Sequence record: PQ330092.1
Reading direction: 5' to 3' (one strand)
Length of the DNA stretch: 64,000 nt
Below are positions 10,180 through 18,981 of this stretch, piece after piece; positions within the stretch are counted from its first letter, which is position 1, and the number at the start of each line of letters is the position of its first letter. The notes beneath the pieces were generated by a model. It was not told the DNA's origin. It searched no databases and was given only the letters and a program-made list of their open reading frames with translations. Made by a program: the position numbers and the translations under genes.

Positions 10180-10731
10180 ATGAACTACAATCATGATCTT
10201 TTTACATTATGTGCATCCAAATGTGTTGATGGATGGACAGATAAAATCAATACCATAATTCATCGATATCTGGTCTTTAGTTCTCGTGCACGAAGTGAGG
10301 GGGCTATGGATTTCAAATATACACTATCTATTGATGGTGTAACTATCCATGCAGACGAAGAACGTCTGAGCATTAATTTGTATGATTCCTGTGTATTTGC
10401 TATTCACCAAAAGATGGGGAAAGGATGGGGTTGTAATAACATTAACTCAAAAGCTATCTTTTGGGTTGGTCACCACCAGACAGTACTTGATCCTTCAATC
10501 AAATCTAATCTTTTATCCGATAATATGGTTTATGATTTATTGTACTCCGAAGAACAACATTTTCAGTTAAGTACATTACATGATCTGGCACAGTACGAGG
10601 ATTGTTACAAAACATTAGAACTATGCCATTCCCTTGAACTTAAAGATAAATTGATACAAGTTTACCCTTCATTCTTTCATGAAGAAGTACAAAGTACACT
10701 AGATCATATTTTATATGGATACGATAAATGA
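10180..10731 (+). CDS. FQ-box family hypothetical protein
   Basis: AAGGAG RBS; SEEQHFQLSTLHD. Confidence 0.8.
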   Translation: MNYNHDLFTLCASKCVDGWTDKINTIIHRYLVFSSRARSEGAMDFKYTLSIDGVTIHADEERLSINLYDSCVFAIHQKMGKGWGCNNINSKAIFWVGHHQTVLDPSIKSNLLSDNMVYDLLYSEEQHFQLSTLHDLAQYEDCYKTLELCHSLELKDKLIQVYPSFFHEEVQSTLDHILYGYDK

Positions 10732-11330
10732 GAAAAAGTTATCAAGAAGCTATTGACTTAATTCGTGAAGTTATCAAGGTGGCTCCTGCTGCTATTGAGT
10801 TCAAGAAGTCCATATACAAGAAGTATGGGTCAATGTCGAGTATGTGCTTTCAAAAGAAACGTAGAGCATTCACTACCCAGTACTGGAATGATTCTATCAT
10901 CCTGAGTAATGAGACTCAGCGTATTTTAACACTAGAATCTGAACCTAATGAGTACGGGGAAGGGAACATTTGTGTACCTGATTATGATGAAATTAACTTC
11001 AACTGCGGTGATTTTGAAACAACATTATTACTTCATGAGGGTTATCCAGAAGGTGATGTATTAGCTGAGTACAATCCAAAAACTAAAATTCTCAAAAGAG
11101 GAATCCAGTTCACTATTAATAACAAAGATGATGTTCAAGCAGCACTGATGCAACTGAGTACAAGTGAACCTATCACTATTAGTGTAGAAGAGTTATGGGG
11201 AATTATTTCAGTACTCAATGAGTGCTACAAAGTAAAATCATTGCGTAAACACAGCATTATATTACATACCAATATGGCAAATATAAAATGTAAGCACATT
11301 CAAGAAATGGTGGTTCCAGATGGACTTTAA
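10728..11330 (+). CDS. FQ-box family hypothetical protein (variant)
   Basis: VQAALMQLSTSEP. Confidence 0.7.
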   Translation: MRKSYQEAIDLIREVIKVAPAAIEFKKSIYKKYGSMSSMCFQKKRRAFTTQYWNDSIILSNETQRILTLESEPNEYGEGNICVPDYDEINFNCGDFETTLLLHEGYPEGDVLAEYNPKTKILKRGIQFTINNKDDVQAALMQLSTSEPITISVEELWGIISVLNECYKVKSLRKHSIILHTNMANIKCKHIQEMVVPDGL

Positions 11331-11904
11331 AGAAATTGAAAGTAAATTAAAGTACTTCAAAGATATCAAACTTCTTTGGAAAAAGTATAAAGTTGATTAC
11401 AATTTCAGTGATGATGAGACAATAAAATACATTGAGATTAATATCAAAATCAAGTTCAAGAATAATAATTATGGTGAAGTAACCTTAAATCATACTGGTA
11501 TATCACTCAAGGACTATGATGGTACAACACTCGCATATTTTGACTTCACACCAGAACCAGGTGAAACACTACTTAGTGAGATAAATTCCTATGACATGGA
11601 AGTGTTCGGCGGGAATCCGTTACTGTTCCGACTTTCTGAAGAGTGGAGTGAAGAGTACTACACTTACAAAGATGGTGTAGTACTTGACATTCATGGAGAA
11701 GTTGTGAATGACTTGGAAGAACGTTTGTTCCAAGAATTGTGTGTTTCAAATACTTCATATGCATACAATCATATCCTTGACATGTTTGATTTATATAGTA
11801 AAATAGATGCTGAAATGAAGGCACATGGTATTCATTACCTTACAATTAACGACTATGCTCAACTCGAAACCGCTGTGAAAGCATTGACTAAAGTACTGAA
11901 ATAG
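11320..11904 (+). CDS. FQ-box family hypothetical protein
   Basis: LEERLFQELCVSN. Confidence 0.75.
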   Translation: MDFKEIESKLKYFKDIKLLWKKYKVDYNFSDDETIKYIEINIKIKFKNNNYGEVTLNHTGISLKDYDGTTLAYFDFTPEPGETLLSEINSYDMEVFGGNPLLFRLSEEWSEEYYTYKDGVVLDIHGEVVNDLEERLFQELCVSNTSYAYNHILDMFDLYSKIDAEMKAHGIHYLTINDYAQLETAVKALTKVLK

Positions 11905-11913
11905 GAATGAAAT

Positions 11914-12327
11914 ATGAAACTGTATCATGCGAGTACTGTAAAAATTGATAACTTTTATATCCCGTATGGTGGTCTTCATATGGGAGGTAAACACAGTGCT
12001 TTGGAAGCTGCATTACGCAAGCTGAGAAGCCCACTGAACGTAGTAGACGCATGTACAGTATACTTGCATACCTTAGAAGTTGATGTTGATAACGTGCTTC
12101 TGTGTGAAGATTTAGGCAGTGATGATGAGTGGCGTTCACTTATTGAGAATTGCACTGCTCAAGGTTATGATGCTGTTCAGTACAAAAATGATTACGAGCC
12201 AGACAATGTTCCTAGCTTTATGATTTGGGATGCATCTAAAGTTCGCATCATTGAAGTTGATGCTATGCATATGGATGAAGCTGAAATGATTATCGAAGAT
12301 TTTCTTGATGAATATGAAGGTGTATAA
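11914..12327 (+). CDS. putative ADP-ribosyltransferase-fold protein (ART-PolyVal-like)
   Basis: N-terminal KLYHAS, GLHMG..A and C-terminal GYDAVQYKNDYE..SFMIWD pattern typical of ART folds. Confidence 0.55.
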   Translation: MKLYHASTVKIDNFYIPYGGLHMGGKHSALEAALRKLRSPLNVVDACTVYLHTLEVDVDNVLLCEDLGSDDEWRSLIENCTAQGYDAVQYKNDYEPDNVPSFMIWDASKVRIIEVDAMHMDEAEMIIEDFLDEYEGV

Positions 12328-12863
12328 TGACTGACCCGATGGTAGCACTGGCACGTACTAAGTTACTATTAAAGATTGGTGAGATTTTTACGGTTCTTCT
12401 GTCCAATAATATTGATATTACTGAGCTAGATATTAAGCAACCGTGGGAAGTGACTATGTTCTCGGCGTTCCACCGATTGTCATATAAAGGTGAAAGTGTT
12501 CTTGATTTTAACCCTAAAGCAAAATTCATAGATTATGCTGCGTTGTACAGAGAGTTGCACCGAAATATTTATTCCGGTTGTATAACCAATAACTTCAAAG
12601 AAATTAAAGTTCAAACTGCATCACATGAGTTCAATGATTTACTTTATCCAGAATTTAATCTAACGGAAGAATTACTCTTTCAGTACTCGTTAATTCTCAC
12701 AAATCTCGAAACGCTAGAGTACTACAAAGAGTTAGTAGATATTTTTATGAATACACGACTTTCAAAAGATATTGTGATATTCTGGTATACAGAGCATGTT
12801 ACGGAGGAATTGCTTACTGAATTTCTTCTAAATATGACAGCTATAAAGGAGAAGTTATGTTAG
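12327..12863 (+). CDS. FQ-box family hypothetical protein
   Basis: TEELLFQYSLILT. Confidence 0.75.
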   Translation: MTDPMVALARTKLLLKIGEIFTVLLSNNIDITELDIKQPWEVTMFSAFHRLSYKGESVLDFNPKAKFIDYAALYRELHRNIYSGCITNNFKEIKVQTASHEFNDLLYPEFNLTEELLFQYSLILTNLETLEYYKELVDIFMNTRLSKDIVIFWYTEHVTEELLTEFLLNMTAIKEKLC

Positions 12864-13330
12864 ATATTTTAGGAAACATCGATACTGCAAATTATTTTAT
12901 CCAGGACGCACTGTTCAATACAGTTCAACAAGGATTAGAAGTTCGTCATAACGTTTACCAAGGTGATGGTTATTTCGTTGATATTGTTGAGGCACGAAAG
13001 AATACGTTTAATGTTAACATTACAACACTGGGTAGACAGAACATTGCACGAATTTTAGTAAGTAAAGATGAAATTGTATTGAGATACAGTGCTAAGTTTA
13101 TGTTGACTTATAAGAAAAAAACTGATATGTTCAGTACTAATTTATTTGATGAGCCATTTGACCTTGAAGATATTGAAGCTACTTTCTTTACTCAAAGTAC
13201 TATGGTAAAATACACTGATGTTCAATTTTCTGCTGATGTAATGTCGGAAACATTACAAATGATCAAGGTATTATTTTATGCATTTGAGCAATTTAGAGAA
13301 GAAAGAAACAAGGTTAACAACCACAGATGA
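12857..13330 (+). CDS. FQ-box family hypothetical protein (variant)
   Basis: IEATFFTQSTMVK. Confidence 0.7.
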   Translation: MLDILGNIDTANYFIQDALFNTVQQGLEVRHNVYQGDGYFVDIVEARKNTFNVNITTLGRQNIARILVSKDEIVLRYSAKFMLTYKKKTDMFSTNLFDEPFDLEDIEATFFTQSTMVKYTDVQFSADVMSETLQMIKVLFYAFEQFREERNKVNNHR

Positions 13331-13691
13331 ACTAATAGAGGCGATCACTAAGGAGTCAAAATATCACAAAGGGATTCGTCTATATTTTATAGATATTGGT
13401 TCAATGGAAGGCATATACATTTATGGTTCACAATCTTTATCTTATGATGTAATGCCAAAAAAACATGTAAAAATCTTTTTAGGTTCAGATAAAAAAACTT
13501 TCTTGACAATTAATGATAAAAACGTTATTATGAATTCGTTGGGTCATGATAAGGTGGAAATTGATCTAAACACACTGGAGGATATTGATTTTTTTCAATA
13601 CGAGTGTTTAGGTGTTGACTTACATGGCATTAGTAGCGATATGATAAAATCATTAATCAAATATTTCGAAGGTGTTCATAAATGTATCTAA
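13278..13691 (+). CDS. FQ-box family hypothetical protein
   Basis: EDIDFFQYECLGV; start uncertain. Confidence 0.7.
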   Translation: MHLSNLEKKETRLTTTDELIEAITKESKYHKGIRLYFIDIGSMEGIYIYGSQSLSYDVMPKKHVKIFLGSDKKTFLTINDKNVIMNSLGHDKVEIDLNTLEDIDFFQYECLGVDLHGISSDMIKSLIKYFEGVHKCI

Positions 13692-14179
13692 CTAAATCAA
13701 TGAAAAATTCATTTGATAAAATCAAGAGTTGTCTTGATGGGGAAAATATTACAAGTGTTACACAAACTGCTGACCAAATTCAAAGCAGTTCAAGTGATTG
13801 TACTGTTATTTTAGGTTTACATAGTCTACGTTTATCAATAGTAAATAATATTGACAACACTGCTATTGTAATCACACCATGCCATATTCAAAATGAGAAT
13901 GGTGTATATCTTCATCACATGGGAACAGTATTTCATATTTTCAATACAAACGAAAACATTGTTAAGGAATACAAATCTCTTAATATTGATTCAGGTGAAT
14001 TATTTCAAATGAGTACTTTGTACTCATGTAATTTTACAGATACTTCATGTATTTTGCCATTTTTCTTGGAAATTATTAAGAAAATGGAAAATTTAAAACG
14101 TGAATACAATAAAGAAATGGTTCCTGAAGCTATATTAAATATTACTAATGCTATAGAGAAGTATAATGCAGTGACTTAA
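13682..14179 (+). CDS. FQ-box family hypothetical protein
   Basis: DSGELFQMSTLYS. Confidence 0.75.
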   Translation: MYLTKSMKNSFDKIKSCLDGENITSVTQTADQIQSSSSDCTVILGLHSLRLSIVNNIDNTAIVITPCHIQNENGVYLHHMGTVFHIFNTNENIVKEYKSLNIDSGELFQMSTLYSCNFTDTSCILPFFLEIIKKMENLKREYNKEMVPEAILNITNAIEKYNAVT

Positions 14180-14221
14180 TAAAAACGCACATGGAGTGCA
14201 TTAGAAGATCAAGGATAGATC

Positions 14222-14695
14222 ATGGAGATTAAAACTGTTGAAAATGGGAAAATTGATGACATTTTAGAGTTGGACGCATTCAAAGTTCATGATATAATGT
14301 TTAATGTGAAGGACATTATTCAATGTCTATTTTTGTGTAGCAAGACAATGCATGATTTTTTTCACAACCCAAATACTAACGTTTTTATACTAACAATCAG
14401 TACTGAAAACTCGTTTATCATGGGTATGCCTATGAGTACAAATGAACAATATATTGATTGTGTTATTCGTAATAACGATAGTATTACGCCACAATCTGAA
14501 GTACGTAAAAAGAAAAACACCTACACAATCAAAGATGATAAAATTATGATGTGCTGTAGTAAAGGGTTTATATTAGATAATTTTATCGTAAAAGACAGTT
14601 ATCACGACTTTAAAGTATCTGAAAATCAATCCAATGTAGTTCTTTATGCGAGTGACATAGAAAGTCTAACAGTTAAAGATCCTAGTTTGGAGTAA
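14222..14695 (+). CDS. hypothetical protein
   Basis: 157-aa ORF with AAGGA RBS. Confidence 0.7.
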   Translation: MEIKTVENGKIDDILELDAFKVHDIMFNVKDIIQCLFLCSKTMHDFFHNPNTNVFILTISTENSFIMGMPMSTNEQYIDCVIRNNDSITPQSEVRKKKNTYTIKDDKIMMCCSKGFILDNFIVKDSYHDFKVSENQSNVVLYASDIESLTVKDPSLE

Positions 14696-14697
14696 TT

Positions 14698-14829
14698 ATG
14701 TCGAAGAAAGTTAACAATTTCGTACAGAAACATATGAATGAGTTTAATAAACCTCAGACACATGTGGATCGTAAAAAAGAAATGAAAAATGGTAAAGTAA
14801 AACACAAGTCGAGATTTATTCTCGACTAA
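14698..14829 (+). CDS. small basic protein (43 aa, not in ORF track)
   Basis: GGAG RBS; MSKKVNNFVQKHMNEFNKPQTHVDRKKEMKNGKVKHKSRFILD. Confidence 0.7.
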   Translation: MSKKVNNFVQKHMNEFNKPQTHVDRKKEMKNGKVKHKSRFILD

Positions 14830-14852
14830 TTTTTTGTCTAAATTTATGAGGA

Positions 14853-15710
14853 TTGTATATGTTAGATATTTCAGATTTTCTTAATTTTAAAAAGTATTCA
14901 GTACTTGAACATATCAACGAATTTCTGAATTCCCCAACACCATTTGGTATCAGTACATCAGATACATACGATGGATATAGAATCTTCCCATGCAATGACT
15001 TTCAAATTTCTGTCAAAAAAGGTACTTCAAAAGAAGTTGCAATTCGTGATGTAGTACTGTATAGCGATTCTTCTATTTCTTACTGTCATGATGTGAACAA
15101 TTTTGAATCTCTTTCAACACCTAATTGTTCATACTACAAATCCAATGACACAATGATGTACAAAGAAGAACACATCAATGGGGTTTCGTTTTATAAAACC
15201 GCCAGCGATAAATCATATACATCTAGAGATGATTTTGGAAAATATACATGCACTATGTATACGGATGATGAAAAATCAAATCGTATTCATTCATTCGAAT
15301 CCAAATTCAAAGAGAGTGAAGTTTCAAATATCACTATACAAGAAAAGGTTACCGAAGATGGTGTTGTGTATCGTAGTACTGCATTCTTCCGAATGAAAGA
15401 TATTGCAACTGGTCGCCCAATGATGTATAATATTGACATATTCATGAAAGGTGAATCATCGGAAGTGGTGATTAGTACTGGTTATCGTGCCAACTACACA
15501 TTTACAATGGAATCACCTGATGCATCGTTGGTACATCTATTCAACAATTTATATACTTTCCAATTCGAACTTGGTTTCGAAACAAATGAATATCAAATAT
15601 TTGAGATATTAAAAAGTAATATTATTAATAAATTGGAATATTACTTCAAGTTAGGCGGGAAGATGAACATAGTTAATACTATGTTACGCAACATAAAAGA
15701 AACAATGTAA
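14853..15710 (+). CDS. hypothetical protein
   Basis: 285-aa ORF; GAGGA RBS; weak LYTFQFEL box. Confidence 0.75.
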   Translation: MYMLDISDFLNFKKYSVLEHINEFLNSPTPFGISTSDTYDGYRIFPCNDFQISVKKGTSKEVAIRDVVLYSDSSISYCHDVNNFESLSTPNCSYYKSNDTMMYKEEHINGVSFYKTASDKSYTSRDDFGKYTCTMYTDDEKSNRIHSFESKFKESEVSNITIQEKVTEDGVVYRSTAFFRMKDIATGRPMMYNIDIFMKGESSEVVISTGYRANYTFTMESPDASLVHLFNNLYTFQFELGFETNEYQIFEILKSNIINKLEYYFKLGGKMNIVNTMLRNIKETM

Positions 15711-15726
15711 TTATGGAGGATTTGGT

Positions 15727-16020
15727 ATGGATACTAAATTCAAAATTATTTTTAAAACTAAGCCGTATATTCCACATACAGCAGAACGTTTTATACCACA
15801 TGGTGCTGAGGAAATTATTCACCAAGATGGTACTAAGTTATACCTTGTTCCTTGTTCTTATGAACGTGCAGTAGAAATGTTACTAATGAATGCTAGACTA
15901 TGCAAAAACAAGTACATTAGTTACCTATACAATGAACATATTTTAGATTTCAATGATGAAAATATGTTCATTCTAGCAATTGAGGATTTTGATAACTGGT
16001 ACAATATTATTAAAATCTAA
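15727..16020 (+). CDS. hypothetical protein
   Basis: GGAGG RBS; NDENMFILA box-like segment. Confidence 0.7.
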   Translation: MDTKFKIIFKTKPYIPHTAERFIPHGAEEIIHQDGTKLYLVPCSYERAVEMLLMNARLCKNKYISYLYNEHILDFNDENMFILAIEDFDNWYNIIKI

Positions 16021-16028
16021 TGAAAATA

Positions 16029-16074
16029 ATGTGAACATATTAGATTCTTGTGATATAATGTTCACATCTTTTTT
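16029..16074 (+). promoter_or_regulatory. 10-bp inverted repeat enclosing extended -10 promoter, followed by T tract
   Basis: ATGTGAACAT 16029-16038 / ATGTTCACAT 16058-16067; TGaTATAAT 16051-16059. Confidence 0.65.
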
Positions 16075-16091
16075 TGATAACGGAGATATAG

Positions 16092-16478
16092 ATGAATACA
16101 AGTTCAATCCTAAAAGCAATTGGTGGTGTTTTACTCATTGAAGTAAAAGGTGAACCAAAGCTATGCTGTTTAGAAGATATGAAGAATACAAAACACTTCA
16201 GTACTGGTCAGATTTTCAATGCCATTCGTATTCTAAATGACAAATCCATTGCTGATTATGGAAAAGTTTGGCCTGTATATCAAAATGCTGATGGTGATAT
16301 CAGTACTGATTGGAAAACAATTGAGGCGGTACGACAAAGTTGTGAGAGTGATTGGGACTTCATTGTTGAAGTTTGTGATCAACTACAAGAAGATGTTCCA
16401 GAAATTGTCGAACGAAAAGAAGTCCTAGCACGACTTGAAAAATTCCGTCACGGAACACTACAGTATGACACAATCTAA
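16092..16478 (+). CDS. hypothetical protein
   Basis: GGAG RBS, 128 aa. Confidence 0.75.
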   Translation: MNTSSILKAIGGVLLIEVKGEPKLCCLEDMKNTKHFSTGQIFNAIRILNDKSIADYGKVWPVYQNADGDISTDWKTIEAVRQSCESDWDFIVEVCDQLQEDVPEIVERKEVLARLEKFRHGTLQYDTI

Positions 16479-16527
16479 TCTGCTTATTAAAAATATCTAA
16501 TTAACATTATATAAAAGGAATTTAAAA

Positions 16528-16833
16528 ATGGAAGACAATGGAATGAAATTTGATATGTTTGAAGGTGTACCAGAGTTCGATTTCAACAAACTTGAAGAAG
16601 GTGAGGAATCAGAACTAGTCAGTGTTACACTTAAAGCAGATTCTAAGAAGAAATATTCATCAGCAGTACGTTCACGTTCACAAGAAGAATACGAAACATT
16701 TATTGAAAGTATTCATTATGAAACATTCCATCATGCAGATGGAACTCCATATGAAGTACGTGTAACAGTACTGAAGCCTGAAGTAAATCCAATGGAAAAT
16801 CTACGTCCTGTTTACTGCTGGGCAAGTCACTAA
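16528..16833 (+). CDS. acidic hypothetical protein
   Basis: AAGGA RBS; followed by terminator. Confidence 0.75.
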   Translation: MEDNGMKFDMFEGVPEFDFNKLEEGEESELVSVTLKADSKKKYSSAVRSRSQEEYETFIESIHYETFHHADGTPYEVRVTVLKPEVNPMENLRPVYCWASH

Positions 16834-16839
16834 TAAACC

Positions 16840-16873
16840 AAAGGACGGGATTTGTTATCTCGTCCTTTTTTTT
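16840..16873 (+). terminator. intrinsic terminator
   Basis: AAAGGACGGGA / TCTCGTCCTTT plus T tract. Confidence 0.8.
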
Positions 16874-16885
16874 GTCTGGAGATGT

Positions 16886-17740
16886 ATGAAACTTTATCTA
16901 ATCGTTGACTACAATAAGGATTATGCTGGTAACTTCACCGAAGATTCGGATGGATATTGCACATCGACTAATGTCAATGTACGTATCAGTAGTGCTCATG
17001 AACATGAATCTTGTAAAAATCTAAAAGATTTTATCACATACCGAGCATTTGAAAAGAACTTCTGCCGCAGTAGATATTCGAAGTTTGAGTACCCGTTAAT
17101 TGATGTTCCTGATGATTTAATGTTCCAGTTAATGCTAACTGGAGTTCAAGATTATGATTACATAGCATATAATCATATTACTAAGAAAATTTATATTGGT
17201 ACATCATCACATGACACTTCTATGTATGCATCATGCCCAGATGATCGATTGAATGATAGAAAATCATACTATAGTGGATCAGTTGGTTTAAATGATTCAT
17301 TAAATAAAAATTCATTCTTTGAGTATGTTTATGATTACCATCATGAGAAAAAAGAACGTGAAGATTACTGTATAGCAATTGATAGTACTAATGGGTATGA
17401 AGACGTGAAAGAAGCACTTATGCCGTACATTATTGAAAAGTACTACAAAGATTTTCAGTACTGTAGTAATTTTCTAATCAGAAATTCTATTATAATCGGT
17501 CGCCAATCCAATGCATACTCTAAGTATTACAATGATTCACCAGTAGCATCGGCAAATGAAATGTGTGATATTTTACAAATTCCACGTGAAGATATGGCAT
17601 TCATTTTTACGTCTTTTATTGAAGATGATGAATTGTACGTTAAAAATAAACACCGTTTAATGCCAAGTAAGATTGAAATTATTAGATGCGTAAGCGTTGA
17701 TATACTGACAAATTTTACTGAAAAAACAGAATATAACTGA
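16886..17740 (+). CDS. hypothetical protein with internal FQ box
   Basis: GGAG RBS; PDDLMFQLMLTG. Confidence 0.75.
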   Translation: MKLYLIVDYNKDYAGNFTEDSDGYCTSTNVNVRISSAHEHESCKNLKDFITYRAFEKNFCRSRYSKFEYPLIDVPDDLMFQLMLTGVQDYDYIAYNHITKKIYIGTSSHDTSMYASCPDDRLNDRKSYYSGSVGLNDSLNKNSFFEYVYDYHHEKKEREDYCIAIDSTNGYEDVKEALMPYIIEKYYKDFQYCSNFLIRNSIIIGRQSNAYSKYYNDSPVASANEMCDILQIPREDMAFIFTSFIEDDELYVKNKHRLMPSKIEIIRCVSVDILTNFTEKTEYN

Positions 17741-17757
17741 GACAAAGAATAAGTTAA

Positions 17758-17766
17758 TGATATAAT
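17758..17766 (+). promoter_or_regulatory. extended -10 promoter
   Basis: TGaTATAAT, same motif as other promoters in the window. Confidence 0.55.
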
Positions 17767-17769
17767 GTA

Positions 17770-17804
17770 AGGTGACAGCAGATGTTGTTGTCACCTTTTT
17801 TTTT
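17770..17804 (+). terminator. terminator-like hairpin
   Basis: AGGTGACAGCA-gatg-TTGTTGTCACCT plus long T tract. Confidence 0.7.
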
Positions 17805-18310
17805 AATCCTGAAAGGTTCCTATGAGGAAATGATTAAAAGCCTAATCCACTCGAAAATGTAGAGGGTAGATGAGTAGTCCTTTCAGTACGAACAGCAGAT
17901 GAAACCCGTTAGATGATGGCATAGTTTGAACCACTCACGGCAATGCGGCTGTATAAAGAACTCCAATAGGATAAAGAGAGTTCCTCGATAGACATATAAG
18001 GATCGCACCTTACCAATTATCTAAGGGAGATTTCATGAGAAATTTGCGGTCGGAATTATACAATATAGTTGCGTCCAAATTTTGTGAAATCAAATACAAG
18101 TACTGGTCATATGGTATTTGTATTATGTGTCGGGATGTTTAAGACCGACGACCGTTGCTACAAGAACCGCGATAGAGAGAAACAGAGCAACCCGCTTTCG
18201 TCTCGTAAGAGAATTCGTGATATGAACTATGTGAAGGCCACCAGCGTCAAACTTTTTTGTTCTTTCCCCTGCGGGGGGATGAAATATGCTCAAGCAAACC
18301 CCGTCAATAT
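17801..18310 (+). ncRNA. candidate large structured non-coding RNA
   Basis: About 500 nt with no credible ORF, higher GC than flanks, many helices incl. G-U pairs and a GUAA tetraloop (see findings). Confidence 0.55.
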
Positions 18311-18422
18311 TAATTAAAAGAAAATAGTACTTGTAGAATTAGACATGCGTAGCATGGTAATTCTACTGATGTTGATGGAATCAACGTCACGTATATTCAT
18401 TGATGTTTCCATAGGAATAATG

Positions 18423-18965
18423 ATGGCATTTATTAGAAAACAAAAAACTTTTACCTATAAGACTTTGGATTTTGTTGATTGTGAAAACCAATTACAAGAT
18501 GAAGATAACTTTACAGGATTTGTTGTTATTAAAGAAAAAGGATGCATTTCGTATATAAAGGAATTACAGAACGGCATTGAAGTTACTTCAGTCAAATTAC
18601 TTCCTACACAAAAACCAACAATATTAAAAGCACAGTATGGTAATTATTTCGAGGAAAGATATAGTAATAATTTAATAAGTGTTAAGGCTCATATTATAAA
18701 AGGAGAACTAGAAGGAGAATATAGAAAATACAACCCACAAGGAAAATGTGTTTGGGTTAAATACTTCAATTCAGGAAATGATGTAACATCTGAAATAATT
18801 GAGTTTTTAGGTTTAACATGTACCCCTGAAACTCTTCATGATTACAAATTTAATACTGAAGAAGAGTTTAATCTGATGATGCGTTATGGTTCACATTTTA
18901 AATTTTTATATGAATATAACATTGACAGTAGTACTTTTGATAAGATAGTACAGAACTGTCTCTAA
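18423..18965 (+). CDS. protein with MORN-like (YwqK-type) repeat segment
   Basis: GELEGEYRKYNPQGKCVWVKYFNSG; start set after AGGA RBS at 18413; C-terminal TEEEFNLMMRYG. Confidence 0.65.
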   Translation: MAFIRKQKTFTYKTLDFVDCENQLQDEDNFTGFVVIKEKGCISYIKELQNGIEVTSVKLLPTQKPTILKAQYGNYFEERYSNNLISVKAHIIKGELEGEYRKYNPQGKCVWVKYFNSGNDVTSEIIEFLGLTCTPETLHDYKFNTEEEFNLMMRYGSHFKFLYEYNIDSSTFDKIVQNCL

Positions 18966-18981
18966 CAAAAGGAATTATATA

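Noticed and set aside
588-14179. FQ box resembles the TEV (ENLYFQ/S) and 3C (LEVLFQ/GP) cleavage sites and, in a few members, the QLxLF beta-clamp motif
   Set aside because: No 3C-like cysteine protease is seen in the window, and most members lack the clamp motif's terminal Phe. Kept only as hypotheses.
15290-15305. TTCGAATCC resembling a tRNA T-loop
   Set aside because: Inside a long CDS with no cloverleaf; I found no tRNA genes in the window.
17801-18310. Group I intron, tmRNA, RNase P or hammerhead identity for the structured region
   Set aside because: Not within an interrupted gene; no P7/R/S cores, no tmRNA acceptor stem or tag, no GAGGAAAGUCC, no CUGANGA core found by eye.
18069-18317. 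82-aa TTG-start ORF inside the structured region
   Set aside because: No RBS, atypical composition, and the region is better explained by RNA base-pairing.
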